This document shows, one piece after another, positions 9,275 to 18,928 of a stretch of DNA of 40,206 bases (its first letter is position 1; each line of letters begins with the position of its first letter). Source of the stretch: a virus (taxonomy: Duplodnaviria > Caudoviricetes). The notes beneath the pieces were generated by a model that ran no database searches, was not told the origin of the DNA, and saw only the letters and a program-made list of their open reading frames with translations. Location: positions 1-40,206 of IMG/VR virus record IMGVR_UViG_3300037424_000917; one strand, given 5' to 3'. Both the position numbers and the translations under genes were made by a program.

Positions 9275-10698
9275 ACTATCACCGCCGTCACTGATTGTGA
9301 AAGATTAAGGGCGCGCCCGTCCCCACCTGCTTCTCCCGGCTCATATGTATCTATCATCATCTCGCCTTCGAACTCCAGGCTAACAGTCCAGCGAGCCTTG
9401 CCGTCTTGTGTAGCCACTTCGTTCGGGTTGGTGATGAACCCCTGCCACCGGCGACCTTCCCAGTCGGTCAAGCCGATGTTCTGTCCGATGGTGTTCTGTA
9501 GGAATGTATGAAGTTCATCGACTTGAGATTCCAGCAGGCCGATCATCGTTATGGCGAGTGTGCGAACCTTTGGCCACGTTGGATCGGCATACACAACCAG
9601 CTCACCGCCCCGCGTCTCGCGGCTGATCCTGCTGTACGCATTGCGGTCACGATTATCAAGCTCCGGTGCCCGCAGTGTAACCTCGGACGTATGTGCCCCA
9701 ATGGCAGGCTGATAGAGGACGAAGCGGTCTAACGTGGAGCCTTGTGGATCTTGCAGTTGAACCGGGGGCGGAGTAACATCCGTCGTGATTGTGTTCTCGC
9801 CCTGGAACGGCGTGTATTGCTTCCTTCCGCACGGTGTGTCTTCATACCAAGTGAGCGCGTGCCCTATGCCCAGATCCTGCTCAACAAGACGGATGAAATT
9901 CGCGGTAACAACCAGAGCGTCTGTCACGTTGAGCGTGCTGGTGGCTGTCAGGGAGAATCCCCACGTCACAGTCTGAACAAACACAATCTCGCTACTGCAT
10001 CCGCCGATAGGAGAATCGTCGGTGAGATTGAGCGTGTGTGTAATAACCTGTGTCGGCAGGGGCACACCCGCCACTTGAGCGAGAGCCAGTTCGTCTTCGA
10101 CGAACATGTGATATGGGGTGCTTACATGCTGAGAAAGTCCCAGCCAGTCGTTTACCATTGGCTTGAATGGTGACTGCACAACCAGTGTCTGGGTGAGTCC
10201 CAGATCGTGGGCCACTGGTACACTCGACAGAGTTAATACCGTCTGTGTTAGATTAAGAGTGTTGCCAACCGGAGCCCGGTCAGCCACATAGTTGAACTCA
10301 ACTATGATATGGGACAGACTTAAGGCTGTATCGGCGGGCCATGTTAGCGACCGGCCACCATTTGACACGAACGAAATCGTATGGGACACACCAAGAGGGA
10401 TGTCCCTGGCACCAATGGCCGTGTGCGTTAGATTCAGCGTGTCAGCTACATCTTGATTTTCGTTGAAGATGGTGGCGGTGGCGTCGTCGGTGAGATTCAT
10501 GGAGGATGAAAACGCGCGGTCTTCAATCCAGCCGTGCACCACCTCCACAAAGTTTATTGTGTTATTTGCTGACTCTTCAAGTGCGGGGGCCCCGCTTTGT
10601 GTCAACACTGAAATATACTGGCGCAAAACTCTTAATTCACCGTCTGTTCGCTGGCCAGCTACTTCTACAAATTGTTTGGTGAGGCTGAGAGTTGCCAT
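9271..10698 (-). CDS. Tail protein: beta-strand repeat region plus C-terminal distal-tail-like domain
   Basis: Repeated (H/D/N)TL(N/S/G)L(T/S) units; C-terminal domain similar to 8888-9274. Confidence 0.6.
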   Translation of the reverse strand: MATLSLTKQFVEVAGQRTDGELRVLRQYISVLTQSGAPALEESANNTINFVEVVHGWIEDRAFSSSMNLTDDATATIFNENQDVADTLNLTHTAIGARDIPLGVSHTISFVSNGGRSLTWPADTALSLSHIIVEFNYVADRAPVGNTLNLTQTVLTLSSVPVAHDLGLTQTLVVQSPFKPMVNDWLGLSQHVSTPYHMFVEDELALAQVAGVPLPTQVITHTLNLTDDSPIGGCSSEIVFVQTVTWGFSLTATSTLNVTDALVVTANFIRLVEQDLGIGHALTWYEDTPCGRKQYTPFQGENTITTDVTPPPVQLQDPQGSTLDRFVLYQPAIGAHTSEVTLRAPELDNRDRNAYSRISRETRGGELVVYADPTWPKVRTLAITMIGLLESQVDELHTFLQNTIGQNIGLTDWEGRRWQGFITNPNEVATQDGKARWTVSLEFEGEMMIDTYEPGEAGGDGRALNLSQSVTAVIV

Positions 10699-11717
10699 TA
10701 TAGGTACTCGATTCCGAACGCTGCCGCGTTAACAGTAGCCGGTGTCCAGGCGTTAGCCGTGCCCGGTTCAAGTTCAACAATGAACGACTTGGTGGTGTAA
10801 TTAGCAGAGTTGTATGTAATGTTCGCCGAAGCTGTTTCATTACCGGAAGAGTTAGCCGTAAGGGCGACATTGATGCTGGCATCTGTTTTGAAGGTGCCAG
10901 AGACAGCTATTCCCTTGATCGTGTCGAAGGCAAGAGTGGCGTCATAGCTGAGTCTGAGCTTACCAGCAGCATTCGCAGTGGCGAGTGTTGTATCATCATC
11001 AGTGATGTCATCATCGACATCAAGGTAGTTGCCAGTTTCCCATTCGTTAGTCACATCTCCGTCAGGAGTAAGAGTGTCTATCTGAACCGGGCCCAGGAAG
11101 TCATTGTTTGTATTTCCAGAGCCATCACAGACATAGATATCAGTGACTCTCCCAAGTGTCCCTTGTGGGGCAGTGAACTTCACTCGGTTGTAATAGCCGA
11201 GAGTGCTCCCCTTCGTGTCTGTGGGGCCACCAGAAAGAACATTAACACCATTCACACGAACTTCATAGTAACCGTCTGTGTCGTGACAATTGGCTTTTAT
11301 CTCGATGTACGACCACGCGTTTGCAAGAAGGTGAAATCGAGTTGTGTGCGCGATCAACGTGGTGCCGACAAACAAAGCCAGACCACTTCCATACTGCCTG
11401 AGTGTTAGACTATTGGCCGCTCCCTCTTGCAAACCAATGAGCATACCGTCAATTCCGTTTTGCGGGTCGTTCACTTCGTAGGTGAAAATCGCCGCCCCTA
11501 CAATCAAGGTGGTATTGGTAGTTAACTCGGAAGTGTAAATCCACGAGCTAAGATTCAGCTCTAGTGAAGTACCGGCTCGATAGCCAGCTTCAACATCCAT
11601 CCATATCTCAGCAGATACACTACCATAACGACGTGAGATAATGTTGGTTGGATATGGCTGACTTCCGTTGGCGGTGCTGCTATAACTGTTGCAACCATCT
11701 AACCAAATAAGAGCCAT
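10698..11717 (-). CDS. Minor tail protein, paralog A (putative lectin-like beta-sandwich)
   Basis: Start MALIWLDG at 11717 (TAATG overlap); W.Y.E.K...G..EV.VNG, IYVCDG.G..NNDFLG and WTPAT.N shared with the adjacent gene. Confidence 0.65.
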   Translation of the reverse strand: MALIWLDGCNSYSSTANGSQPYPTNIISRRYGSVSAEIWMDVEAGYRAGTSLELNLSSWIYTSELTTNTTLIVGAAIFTYEVNDPQNGIDGMLIGLQEGAANSLTLRQYGSGLALFVGTTLIAHTTRFHLLANAWSYIEIKANCHDTDGYYEVRVNGVNVLSGGPTDTKGSTLGYYNRVKFTAPQGTLGRVTDIYVCDGSGNTNNDFLGPVQIDTLTPDGDVTNEWETGNYLDVDDDITDDDTTLATANAAGKLRLSYDATLAFDTIKGIAVSGTFKTDASINVALTANSSGNETASANITYNSANYTTKSFIVELEPGTANAWTPATVNAAAFGIEYL

Positions 11718-12778
11718 TAGCCCACCTCCACACCGTAGTGTATTCCATTGATTGTCGCAGGAGCCCACGCATTTCCATCAGGGTCCAATTCAAAACAATC
11801 GGACATACTATTGGGCTTGAGAGCCCACACAGGATTGGTGTTATGTTCATTCACTGATCCAACCCCGTTCTGAGAAATATGCTTGACGCCTTTCATCAGA
11901 TTTCCAGATAGCATTGATACAGTTGTTACTTGAACTCCGTAGACAGTATTAGGAGTCACAGGCAGGGCCGGGTAACTAAACATTGCTTGGTTGCCAGTGG
12001 CCGTGTCCGAAATGTAAGTGTCAATGTTGATTGTTTCTGTATTGACCATTGCATAAAGGTCGGTGCCGGTACTCGGAGTCATGTTTCCAGACACGTCCGC
12101 ATCGGGGTACAAAGTATGTACAACACAGTCGCCTAGAAAATCGTTGCAAGTGCTCCCCACACTATCGCAGACATAGAAATCGTCGATGTACAGCCAGCCG
12201 TTCGCTGTTACACCTCTGAATCCAACCATCGGATAGTTAGGGTAAGAGGTACTGTAGATTGTGTTACCTGAATAAGTAAGGACAGTGGTACCATTTAGCT
12301 TTACTTCCACGGTTCCCGATGCACTGTGGTGGTATACTTTTGCCTCTAAGTAGTACCATGTGTTCGCAGATATCACATCATTTGTTGTTGTGATATTTAT
12401 CGTTGTACCTAACCTGTTTATACCGAGGTTTCCATTTATTGTGAAAATATCCAGAGAGTCATAACCAACAGTCGTCCCGTCCGTTGAGCCTGTTCTGAAT
12501 GTCAGCACGTCGGAGGTGACATTTCCGTTGTTAGTCACCAGAAATGCGGCACCCGCAACGATTGTTGTACAGGTAGTCAACGCTGGGGTCAGCAGCTCAG
12601 TTAATTGACTTACCTTTAAGAGCAGCGAGTTTCCACTCCCTGACCTACCGGCCACGATCTCGTAACTAGCTGGATACAAACTGGCTTCCACACCGTATAC
12701 AGTCTCCAGGGAGTTGACTGTGCAGTCATTGCCGCTGGCACCATATTGTTCAAAGCCGTCTACCCACAGTAATGTCAT
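11717..12778 (-). CDS. Minor tail protein, paralog B (putative lectin-like beta-sandwich)
   Basis: Start MTLLWVDGFE at 12778 with AGGAG RBS; the longer ORF-track version overlaps the tRNA. Confidence 0.65.
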   Translation of the reverse strand: MTLLWVDGFEQYGASGNDCTVNSLETVYGVEASLYPASYEIVAGRSGSGNSLLLKVSQLTELLTPALTTCTTIVAGAAFLVTNNGNVTSDVLTFRTGSTDGTTVGYDSLDIFTINGNLGINRLGTTINITTTNDVISANTWYYLEAKVYHHSASGTVEVKLNGTTVLTYSGNTIYSTSYPNYPMVGFRGVTANGWLYIDDFYVCDSVGSTCNDFLGDCVVHTLYPDADVSGNMTPSTGTDLYAMVNTETINIDTYISDTATGNQAMFSYPALPVTPNTVYGVQVTTVSMLSGNLMKGVKHISQNGVGSVNEHNTNPVWALKPNSMSDCFELDPDGNAWAPATINGIHYGVEVG

Positions 12779-12792
12779 ATCAAATCTCCTAG

Positions 12793-12865
12793 AGCACCCG
12801 GAAGGACTTGAACCTTCAACCTGTTGATTACAAATCAACGGCTCTGCCAATTGAGCTACAGGTGC
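12793..12865 (-). tRNA. tRNA-Thr(UGU)
   Basis: GCACCTG/CGGGTGC acceptor stem, TAGCTCAATTGGCAGAGC D-arm, GTTGA-TTTGTAA-TCAAC anticodon arm, GAAGG-TTCAAGT-CCTTC T-arm; no encoded CCA. Confidence 0.92.
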
Positions 12866-12870
12866 CTTTA

Positions 12871-12890
12871 GGTGTGAGTATGCTCACACC
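12871..12890. other. 8-bp hairpin just 5' of tRNA-Thr
   Basis: GGTGTGAG-TATG-CTCACACC. Confidence 0.6.
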
Positions 12891-12898
12891 ATGGTTAC

Positions 12899-13393
12899 TT
12901 AACCACTGATCGTGTACGTGACTTTCAGCGTGTCACCGTTCGCCGTTGCAACGACGCTGGAGAACGCGGCCGTGCTCCACAGGGTGCCGGTGTTGCCGGT
13001 GCTCTTGACGTTGTTGCTGGACACAAAGATGCCCTTCAAGTTGCCAGTAGCATTGATGCTGAAGTCAGCAGTCGTGGCGTTGGTGATGGCGCGCGTAGCG
13101 GCAGCACCTTCATTCCACGTGACGCGGTTGGCTTCGGTGTAAGATGTACTCTCTGCCCAGCCCGCGTGCGAAGACAATGTGTCGGCGTCGGCGAAAGCTG
13201 ACCACCCACTGTTGTCTACCAGCCCGATGTACCACGTTCCGATCTGAGTTTCGCCATGGAATCCAACGTCCAGCAGCGAGTTAATACCCTCGTCCACGAT
13301 TCCATTCGGGAACTCATAAACGCCCTTCAGTGTGCCTTCGACATCTCGGTGCTCGACGACAAACCGACCAGTTAGTTTGGCTTTCTGATCCAT
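12899..13393 (-). CDS. Small virion tail/fibre structural protein
   Basis: N.IVDEG...LL...WYIGL...Y....R..W...GTLWS...GDTLKVTYT pattern; directly downstream of tape measure; ATG 13393 has a GGAG RBS. Confidence 0.65.
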   Translation of the reverse strand: MDQKAKLTGRFVVEHRDVEGTLKGVYEFPNGIVDEGINSLLDVGFHGETQIGTWYIGLVDNSGWSAFADADTLSSHAGWAESTSYTEANRVTWNEGAAATRAITNATTADFSINATGNLKGIFVSSNNVKSTGNTGTLWSTAAFSSVVATANGDTLKVTYTISG

Positions 13394-13408
13394 TACAGTC
13401 TCCAAAGG

Positions 13409-16400
13409 TTAACGGAGTTTAATGTTGTTACGCTGCACTTCGCGGCGCAACTGTCGGCCAATCTCCCGCACCGTTTGCTGAGAGCTATCGCCGCCCTGAA
13501 CCGTGACGTTGATGTCACCGACATTGGTGACGGTGCCACCCTGCTCACGGTAAACAGGCTGACTACCTTGATTCATCGCATTCAGTTCCGAGAAGAACTT
13601 TCGCGAATTTCTTGAATTAACTACAGTCTCTCCCTTCGACAGCATGGTGTGGATGTTATCCTGTCCGCGCCCGCCCTGTGCGAAGTATTTCATTGGTCCG
13701 CCAAAATACTGCGATGCCCCGCTGCCGGCCGCTGCCTGTGCCCTGGCGGCTCTTTCCAGTTCATTCGCCAGTCCGGTAGCTGCTCCCTTTGCCACGTTAA
13801 TGGCCCCGGTCGCTATTTGCGCTGCTGTTGTCACCGAGTTGGTGTTTGTAGCGGCGTTGCCCATGCTGGTGGCTGTGTTGCTCGCACCAGTGGCCATTTC
13901 ACCTGTCTTCTTGGCAGCGGCATCAGAACTTATCTTGACGTTGTCGTAATTAGTTTTGAACTCCGCCGCCTTGTTGGCGATGGCCGTCATGGGTTGCAAC
14001 TGATCCAAGAATGCCTGTGCCACTCCAGCCAGCTCTTCATTCGGCATTCCTTTTTTTATCTCTTCGTTCTGCTGATTCCAGCGAAACAAGATGGGTAGGA
14101 TGTTGTCCATCGCTTGGGCCACTTCAAGATTGATTTGCTTTGTATTGGCCAGCTTTTCAATCTTGCTATCAAGCAGACGAAGATTTTCAGCTTCTATTGT
14201 CTTGCCCTGTTGCAAAGTATCAATGTACCCCTGTATTTCCTTTTTCACATTGACTTGGTTTTGTAGCTGGGGCCGGGCAGCAATAAAATCATTCACCCGT
14301 TTCTCGCCCGCCGCCAAGGCCATGGTTTCGGTAGCGTTCTCGTGGGTTTGAATATACCGCAATCTTCCCTGTTGAAGTATTCTGGCTTGAAGTTCAGAGA
14401 TTTCTTGGTTCGCGCCTTTCAACCCCTCTACGGCCACCTTCTCAAGCGCAGTGATCGTCGCCTGCTTTTCGGCTACCTTCAACCTCTGTGCTTGTGATGT
14501 TTTTAGCTGTTCCTCAGCGGCCAGCGTAACACGACTAGCGAATTCCCCTTCCTTCTCCCCCGGCCTCTTCTCTACACCCAGAGACTTTGCCACTGTGTCT
14601 GTGCTGGCTACTTGTTGAACTGCAACTTTGATGTTGATAACAGATTTGTCAAATGCGGCCTGAGCGCGCGCAACCTCAGCTTCCCAGTCCTTTGTTCCCT
14701 GGTTTAATGTGCTGGTCAACCACGAGACGACAACCGGGCTGGCAAGATCCAGTCCCAGCGAGCGGAGAAACTGATCGCCCAGCTCTGCCTTGCCGAATAT
14801 CTCGTGAACTTTCTTGTCAATCTCGGCTACTGCATCTATCACCCCTTGACGCTGCTGATCTGTTAACGAATCCTCATTCAGTTTGATGAGCTGCTCGTAG
14901 CGTTCCTTGGCCAGTTGCTTCAACTTTTTGGCATTCTCTTCGCGCATCTTCAATTCATCTTGAAGTGCTGGAATGCTGTTCTTGCTTATGCGGGCCGTTG
15001 TTTCAGCTATTGATTGCTTGTTTCGCAGAGCACCGATGGCTTCCTTCTCATATTTGTTTTGAAGACGCGTGTTCTTCGTCGTTGACGATGCAAGATCAAG
15101 TAATTTTATCAGTGAATCAGAGGCGCGTTGAGCGCGCTCGGACGCTTCCTTCGAACCATCTAAGCGTCCAAAAGCGTTGGCCACATCCGCGCGGCTCTTT
15201 GCAACTTCCTTGTCGATAGCAAGCAGTTTTGCCCTCTCTGTTTTTGCGTTTTTCAGTTTCAGGTTTAGCTGCCGGGACGCAATCTCACCGTTAATACTCT
15301 CGATGTCTTTCTGCGCATCCTTAACAGCATCCGTGGCTTCCTTGATCTTGTCCTTAAGATCCTTTATGCTGGCCTCATAGACACCGATTATAGATTCGCC
15401 AAGAGCCTTCAACCCAGCATTAGCTACGTCGATTGCGTTTTTCCGAATCTGGATAAGGTTGTACTCTTGCTTGTTGGCTTCAACATAGTATTGATTAGCC
15501 GCTGTTACAGCATCCTTGTAGATGGCCGCGATGTCTGTTTTCTGCGACTCTTCACGAAGTTTCTCTATGTTCGCTGCCGCCAAACCCATTTCAGATTTAA
15601 GAGTATTGGCCAGCCTCGCCGACAAATCAAACGAATCAGAGATGTTTTGTAAATTCTGAGCCGTGTTATTGACGACATTTGACATGCCGCCAACCAGAAA
15701 GTTAACCAGCGGAAGTGTAGCGGTGCCGAGACGAGTCCAGATGTTAGCCCACTGCTGAGTGGCTTGGGTTAACTTGAATGCGTCAGCCTCAGTGAATTCC
15801 TTGAAGATATCAGAGGCGTTTTTACCACCTTCTTTGATCTGTTCGATGGCTTCAGCGAGTTGCCCGCCGTTCTCCGCCGCGATACCAAAGTAACCGGCGA
15901 TTGCACGCACACGTCGAAACAGCTCGCCTACTTCGTCAGAGCTATCATTTGTTTCCTCGGATATTTTTCTCATCAGGCCGGGGAAGCCGCCGAACACGCG
16001 TATCGCCTGCTCCGCGTTATCAACACCCCACTTGCTGAACTGCTCTTTTAGCGGGTCACCAGGGCGGATCAACTGCTGGAAGATGGCCCTCAACTGTGTA
16101 AGGGCCGTGTCAGCTTTGACACCCTTTTGAGTCATGAGAGCTATCGAGCCCGCTACATCTTCCCACGCGACACCTAGTTGCGCCGATAGAGGAAGAACCT
16201 TACCAAGGCTGTTGGCTATTTCGTCAAGCCTAAAACGTCCGATGTCGACGGCCGCGAACAGCGTGCCAGAAATTCTCTCGGCCTCGCTCGCTTCCAGTCC
16301 ATACGAGTTAATGACGGACGACAACGCGTCGATAGCATCCGCATTTTCAGACACGGCGATCGTCGCCAAGCGGGTGGCTTGAGCATTAAACTCGAACGCC

Positions 16401-16891
16401 TCACTCGCGCTGACAACTTGGTTTGACAAGGTCTGGTATAAACCTTCGGCCAGATCCTTGGGGGCTTTTCCGATGGCATCCGACAGCGCCAGTATCTCAC
16501 TGGTGATTTGTCCAGACCCCATGTTCATGTCTTGACCGATGGTCTGGATTTCAGCAATCGCTAAGCCGAGTTCCCTGGCAGACTCGACGCCCTCGCGCAT
16601 TGTCTCGATGAAGGCGTTGATGGCTCGAAGCACGATCTGTGTCTGAAGAACTCGAACCATTGTCTTCCAAGAGATGGTCAAGTCACCAGTAGTCTTTTTC
16701 GCTTCCTCGGCTTTTTTACTGACGGTGCCAAGGTTAGCCGCTGCGGCCGTCCCGCCGCCTACTGCATCCGCCGCGCCCTTGAATTCACGCAAGGCGGCTG
16801 TACCGGCGTCCAACGACCCCTTAAGCTTGGCGAGGTTGTTTATGGCGCTGCTGGCATCAAAGCCTAGTTTTTGTGTGATCGTGTCTGCCAT
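13409..16891 (-). CDS. Tail tape measure protein
   Basis: 1160 aa Ala-rich helical protein with TP901-type core (LAEGLYQTLS...A.T.LRA....L..P) and C-terminal FAQGG...D...MLSKGE.VVN. Confidence 0.9.
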   Translation of the reverse strand: MADTITQKLGFDASSAINNLAKLKGSLDAGTAALREFKGAADAVGGGTAAAANLGTVSKKAEEAKKTTGDLTISWKTMVRVLQTQIVLRAINAFIETMREGVESARELGLAIAEIQTIGQDMNMGSGQITSEILALSDAIGKAPKDLAEGLYQTLSNQVVSASEAFEFNAQATRLATIAVSENADAIDALSSVINSYGLEASEAERISGTLFAAVDIGRFRLDEIANSLGKVLPLSAQLGVAWEDVAGSIALMTQKGVKADTALTQLRAIFQQLIRPGDPLKEQFSKWGVDNAEQAIRVFGGFPGLMRKISEETNDSSDEVGELFRRVRAIAGYFGIAAENGGQLAEAIEQIKEGGKNASDIFKEFTEADAFKLTQATQQWANIWTRLGTATLPLVNFLVGGMSNVVNNTAQNLQNISDSFDLSARLANTLKSEMGLAAANIEKLREESQKTDIAAIYKDAVTAANQYYVEANKQEYNLIQIRKNAIDVANAGLKALGESIIGVYEASIKDLKDKIKEATDAVKDAQKDIESINGEIASRQLNLKLKNAKTERAKLLAIDKEVAKSRADVANAFGRLDGSKEASERAQRASDSLIKLLDLASSTTKNTRLQNKYEKEAIGALRNKQSIAETTARISKNSIPALQDELKMREENAKKLKQLAKERYEQLIKLNEDSLTDQQRQGVIDAVAEIDKKVHEIFGKAELGDQFLRSLGLDLASPVVVSWLTSTLNQGTKDWEAEVARAQAAFDKSVINIKVAVQQVASTDTVAKSLGVEKRPGEKEGEFASRVTLAAEEQLKTSQAQRLKVAEKQATITALEKVAVEGLKGANQEISELQARILQQGRLRYIQTHENATETMALAAGEKRVNDFIAARPQLQNQVNVKKEIQGYIDTLQQGKTIEAENLRLLDSKIEKLANTKQINLEVAQAMDNILPILFRWNQQNEEIKKGMPNEELAGVAQAFLDQLQPMTAIANKAAEFKTNYDNVKISSDAAAKKTGEMATGASNTATSMGNAATNTNSVTTAAQIATGAINVAKGAATGLANELERAARAQAAAGSGASQYFGGPMKYFAQGGRGQDNIHTMLSKGETVVNSRNSRKFFSELNAMNQGSQPVYREQGGTVTNVGDINVTVQGGDSSQQTVREIGRQLRREVQRNNIKLR

Positions 16892-16892
16892 A

Positions 16893-17402
16893 TTACAGCG
16901 GCCCTGTTTTGATGTAGTTTCTGATGTCGGGCAACTTTGCCGTCGCCGCGACTTTTTGCCAATCCGTTAACGCGCGTTGCTGAAAGAAGTAGGGTGTGAA
17001 TCTCACGTTGTTTGACCATGGGCGGGGGTAGGGGCCTTTTATGGCCTGATTGTATTCGTTGTAGGCCAAGTAGCGTAAGTTCGTAGAATACACGAAGCCT
17101 ACATAAGGCTTACCAGCGTCTTTCACGACCCCGCTGCCTGCCGATGATGCCCTCCCCAGGGACACTCTTGATTCTGGGGCCACAATTGGGTCCATCGGTA
17201 TTGATGTACCCAATGATTGTGCGAGTCTTTGGAAGGTGGCTCTGGATGCACCCGACCACACCGGGATCGGGGTCTGCCTGATGGCGGCGTCGATCCACGC
17301 TCGCCCTGCGCGCTCGTTAAGATTTATGAGCGCGTTTAGAACAACTTTCTTGTACTTCGGAAGGTCGAAAGTTATGGACACCATCTTGGTTATGAATTTC
17401 AT
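16893..17402 (-). CDS. HK97 gp10-like tail completion protein (tentative)
   Basis: PVWSGASRAT resembles the PVDTG.LR.S motif; lies in the tail module. Confidence 0.5.
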   Translation of the reverse strand: MKFITKMVSITFDLPKYKKVVLNALINLNERAGRAWIDAAIRQTPIPVWSGASRATFQRLAQSLGTSIPMDPIVAPESRVSLGRASSAGSGVVKDAGKPYVGFVYSTNLRYLAYNEYNQAIKGPYPRPWSNNVRFTPYFFQQRALTDWQKVAATAKLPDIRNYIKTGPL

Positions 17403-17640
17403 AGTACCTTCATAACTCCAGCTTTTAGCATCTCACCCTTCTCGTGCTCGGAAGTCTGATAGAACGCGATGAGCTTAGCCTGTGCAAAAACATCCAGGCT
17501 GTCCCAACAAGATTGAGTGTCGCTCTTCAACCCAGGGGGCAGGATGCCGAATTCTCGGCACGCTGCCCATATTGTGTACTCCTGCGTTCTATGGGACGGC
17601 CAGAGGTGCTTCCGAGCTACGCCCCCTGACCACGTAGAAA
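17399..17640 (-). CDS. Tail assembly chaperone gpT-like segment (reached by -1 frameshift)
   Basis: Open -1 frame after GGATTTT: ...TIWAACREFGILPPG...WDSL...AKLIAFY...KVL*, whose TGA overlaps the ATG at 17402. Absent from the ORF track. Confidence 0.75.
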
Positions 17641-18069
17641 ATCCTCACGCGCCTTTGCGATCTTCGCCTCATCGAGAGACAAAGCCGACATGGCGGCGTT
17701 GATTACGCGGGACAGTTCAACTTCAGAGAGGCCGGCTTCAATCAGTTCTTTGGTCCAATCCATCCAAGTACCCGGCTTCTCAAGATCGACGGTACTCCAT
17801 TCGATGTCACTGGCCTCAAGGCAGCGAATCATCATGTATGCAAATCGCCGCGAATCACGGACGGCGACGGCTTTCTTGTAGTCGGGATCGGATAGGTCTG
17901 CGCTTCGTCCATCTTTTGTCGTGACCATGGGCGGAACTGGTTCCGGGCAGATCTTGTCAAAGGCGTCCGAGAATGCCACCGCCTTGGCGCGAAACACGAT
18001 GTTGCCCGTCGGGCGCGGCAGGACAAGGATTTCTTCTGAGGGGGTAACTGTTACTCCACCAATCTTCAT
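17617..18069 (-). CDS. Tail assembly chaperone gpG-like
   Basis: Between major tail and tape measure; ATG 18069 with GGAG; ends EDFLRGQGA across the slippery site. Confidence 0.75.
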   Translation of the reverse strand: MKIGGVTVTPSEEILVLPRPTGNIVFRAKAVAFSDAFDKICPEPVPPMVTTKDGRSADLSDPDYKKAVAVRDSRRFAYMMIRCLEASDIEWSTVDLEKPGTWMDWTKELIEAGLSEVELSRVINAAMSALSLDEAKIAKAREDFLRGQGA

Positions 18070-18111
18070 TTTGTATCTCCAAAGGCGTTCGGGAATAGAG
18101 GTGTCAACCTC

Positions 18112-18137
18112 CGGGGCTGTGGATTTCCACAGCCCCG
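18112..18137. promoter_or_regulatory. Inverted repeat with 12-bp arms after the major tail gene (mRNA stabiliser/attenuator)
   Basis: CGGGGCTGTGGA-TT-TCCACAGCCCCG; no U-tract on the - strand. Confidence 0.6.
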
Positions 18138-18152
18138 TGGTCAACTATCAAA

Positions 18153-18905
18153 CTAGCACTCGGCGTCAGTCGAGCGGGTGACGGCTGGCTCGCTCACGTT
18201 GCACTTGCCGGACACGCTGATCGTGGCGGCTTGCAGATCGTAGTCGAGAGACTCCCAACGGAAGTCCGTAAACAACACGTCTTCATCCTGGTCGGTGCCG
18301 CAGGGCACGCAGTGCTTGGCGAGGATGTCGATGCAATAGGGCTCGCACAGGTCTGAGGAAGTGGAAACCCACTCAGCCGCGTAGCTCAGACGCTTCAGGG
18401 CGTCAACCGGCGTGATGGTCGTGCCGGAAGCAGACTTCACATACTCGTAGACGAACTCAAGGCTCATCTCGACGGGCTGTTCGTCGCCTTCCTTCACCGT
18501 GTCAAGGTTGCCACGGTCACGCAGATATTCGTACTCTTTCGTCTCGGTCCAGGTCAGGTTGCCTTCGCCGATCTTGACTTCAAGTCGCTGGTTGATGAAT
18601 GTCACCACGTTGTCGGTGTTGCCGCTGTTGTAGCTGCCAGCACCAAGAATGGGTGTGATTGTAACGCAAGTTGTTGCGTTGGCGGACGGGTCGCGAGCCG
18701 TCACGGTGTGAATCGTGTTGGCTGTCTCGCCGGCCAAATACAAACGAGCACCAACCGGAACCTGATTGGTCGTGTCGGTGTTCAAATTGACCGTGTTGAT
18801 GTTGATGGTCGCGTCGTTGGCGGACGCGTTCGCGGTCAAGAGGGCCGAGCCCGCCAGACCGTCTTGAACGTAAATCGTCACGTCACGCAATTCAATTCGT
18901 GCCAT
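18153..18905 (-). CDS. Major tail (tube) protein
   Basis: Position before the chaperones; IGEGNLTWTE...DRGNLD...P.E.SLEF...ISVSGKCN; strongly biased (C-ending) codons. Confidence 0.75.
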   Translation of the reverse strand: MARIELRDVTIYVQDGLAGSALLTANASANDATININTVNLNTDTTNQVPVGARLYLAGETANTIHTVTARDPSANATTCVTITPILGAGSYNSGNTDNVVTFINQRLEVKIGEGNLTWTETKEYEYLRDRGNLDTVKEGDEQPVEMSLEFVYEYVKSASGTTITPVDALKRLSYAAEWVSTSSDLCEPYCIDILAKHCVPCGTDQDEDVLFTDFRWESLDYDLQAATISVSGKCNVSEPAVTRSTDAEC

Positions 18906-18928
18906 GAGTATGTTACTCCTGCAAGAGG

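Noticed and set aside
10698-12778. Diversity-generating retroelement or invertible tail-fibre switch
   Set aside because: No reverse transcriptase or invertase in the window, and I saw no near-identical template/variable repeat pair; the paralogs are diverged throughout.
12779-12850. N-terminal extension of the 11717-12850 ORF
   Set aside because: It is the translated tRNA-Thr sequence; the true start is 12778, matching the paralog's N-terminus.
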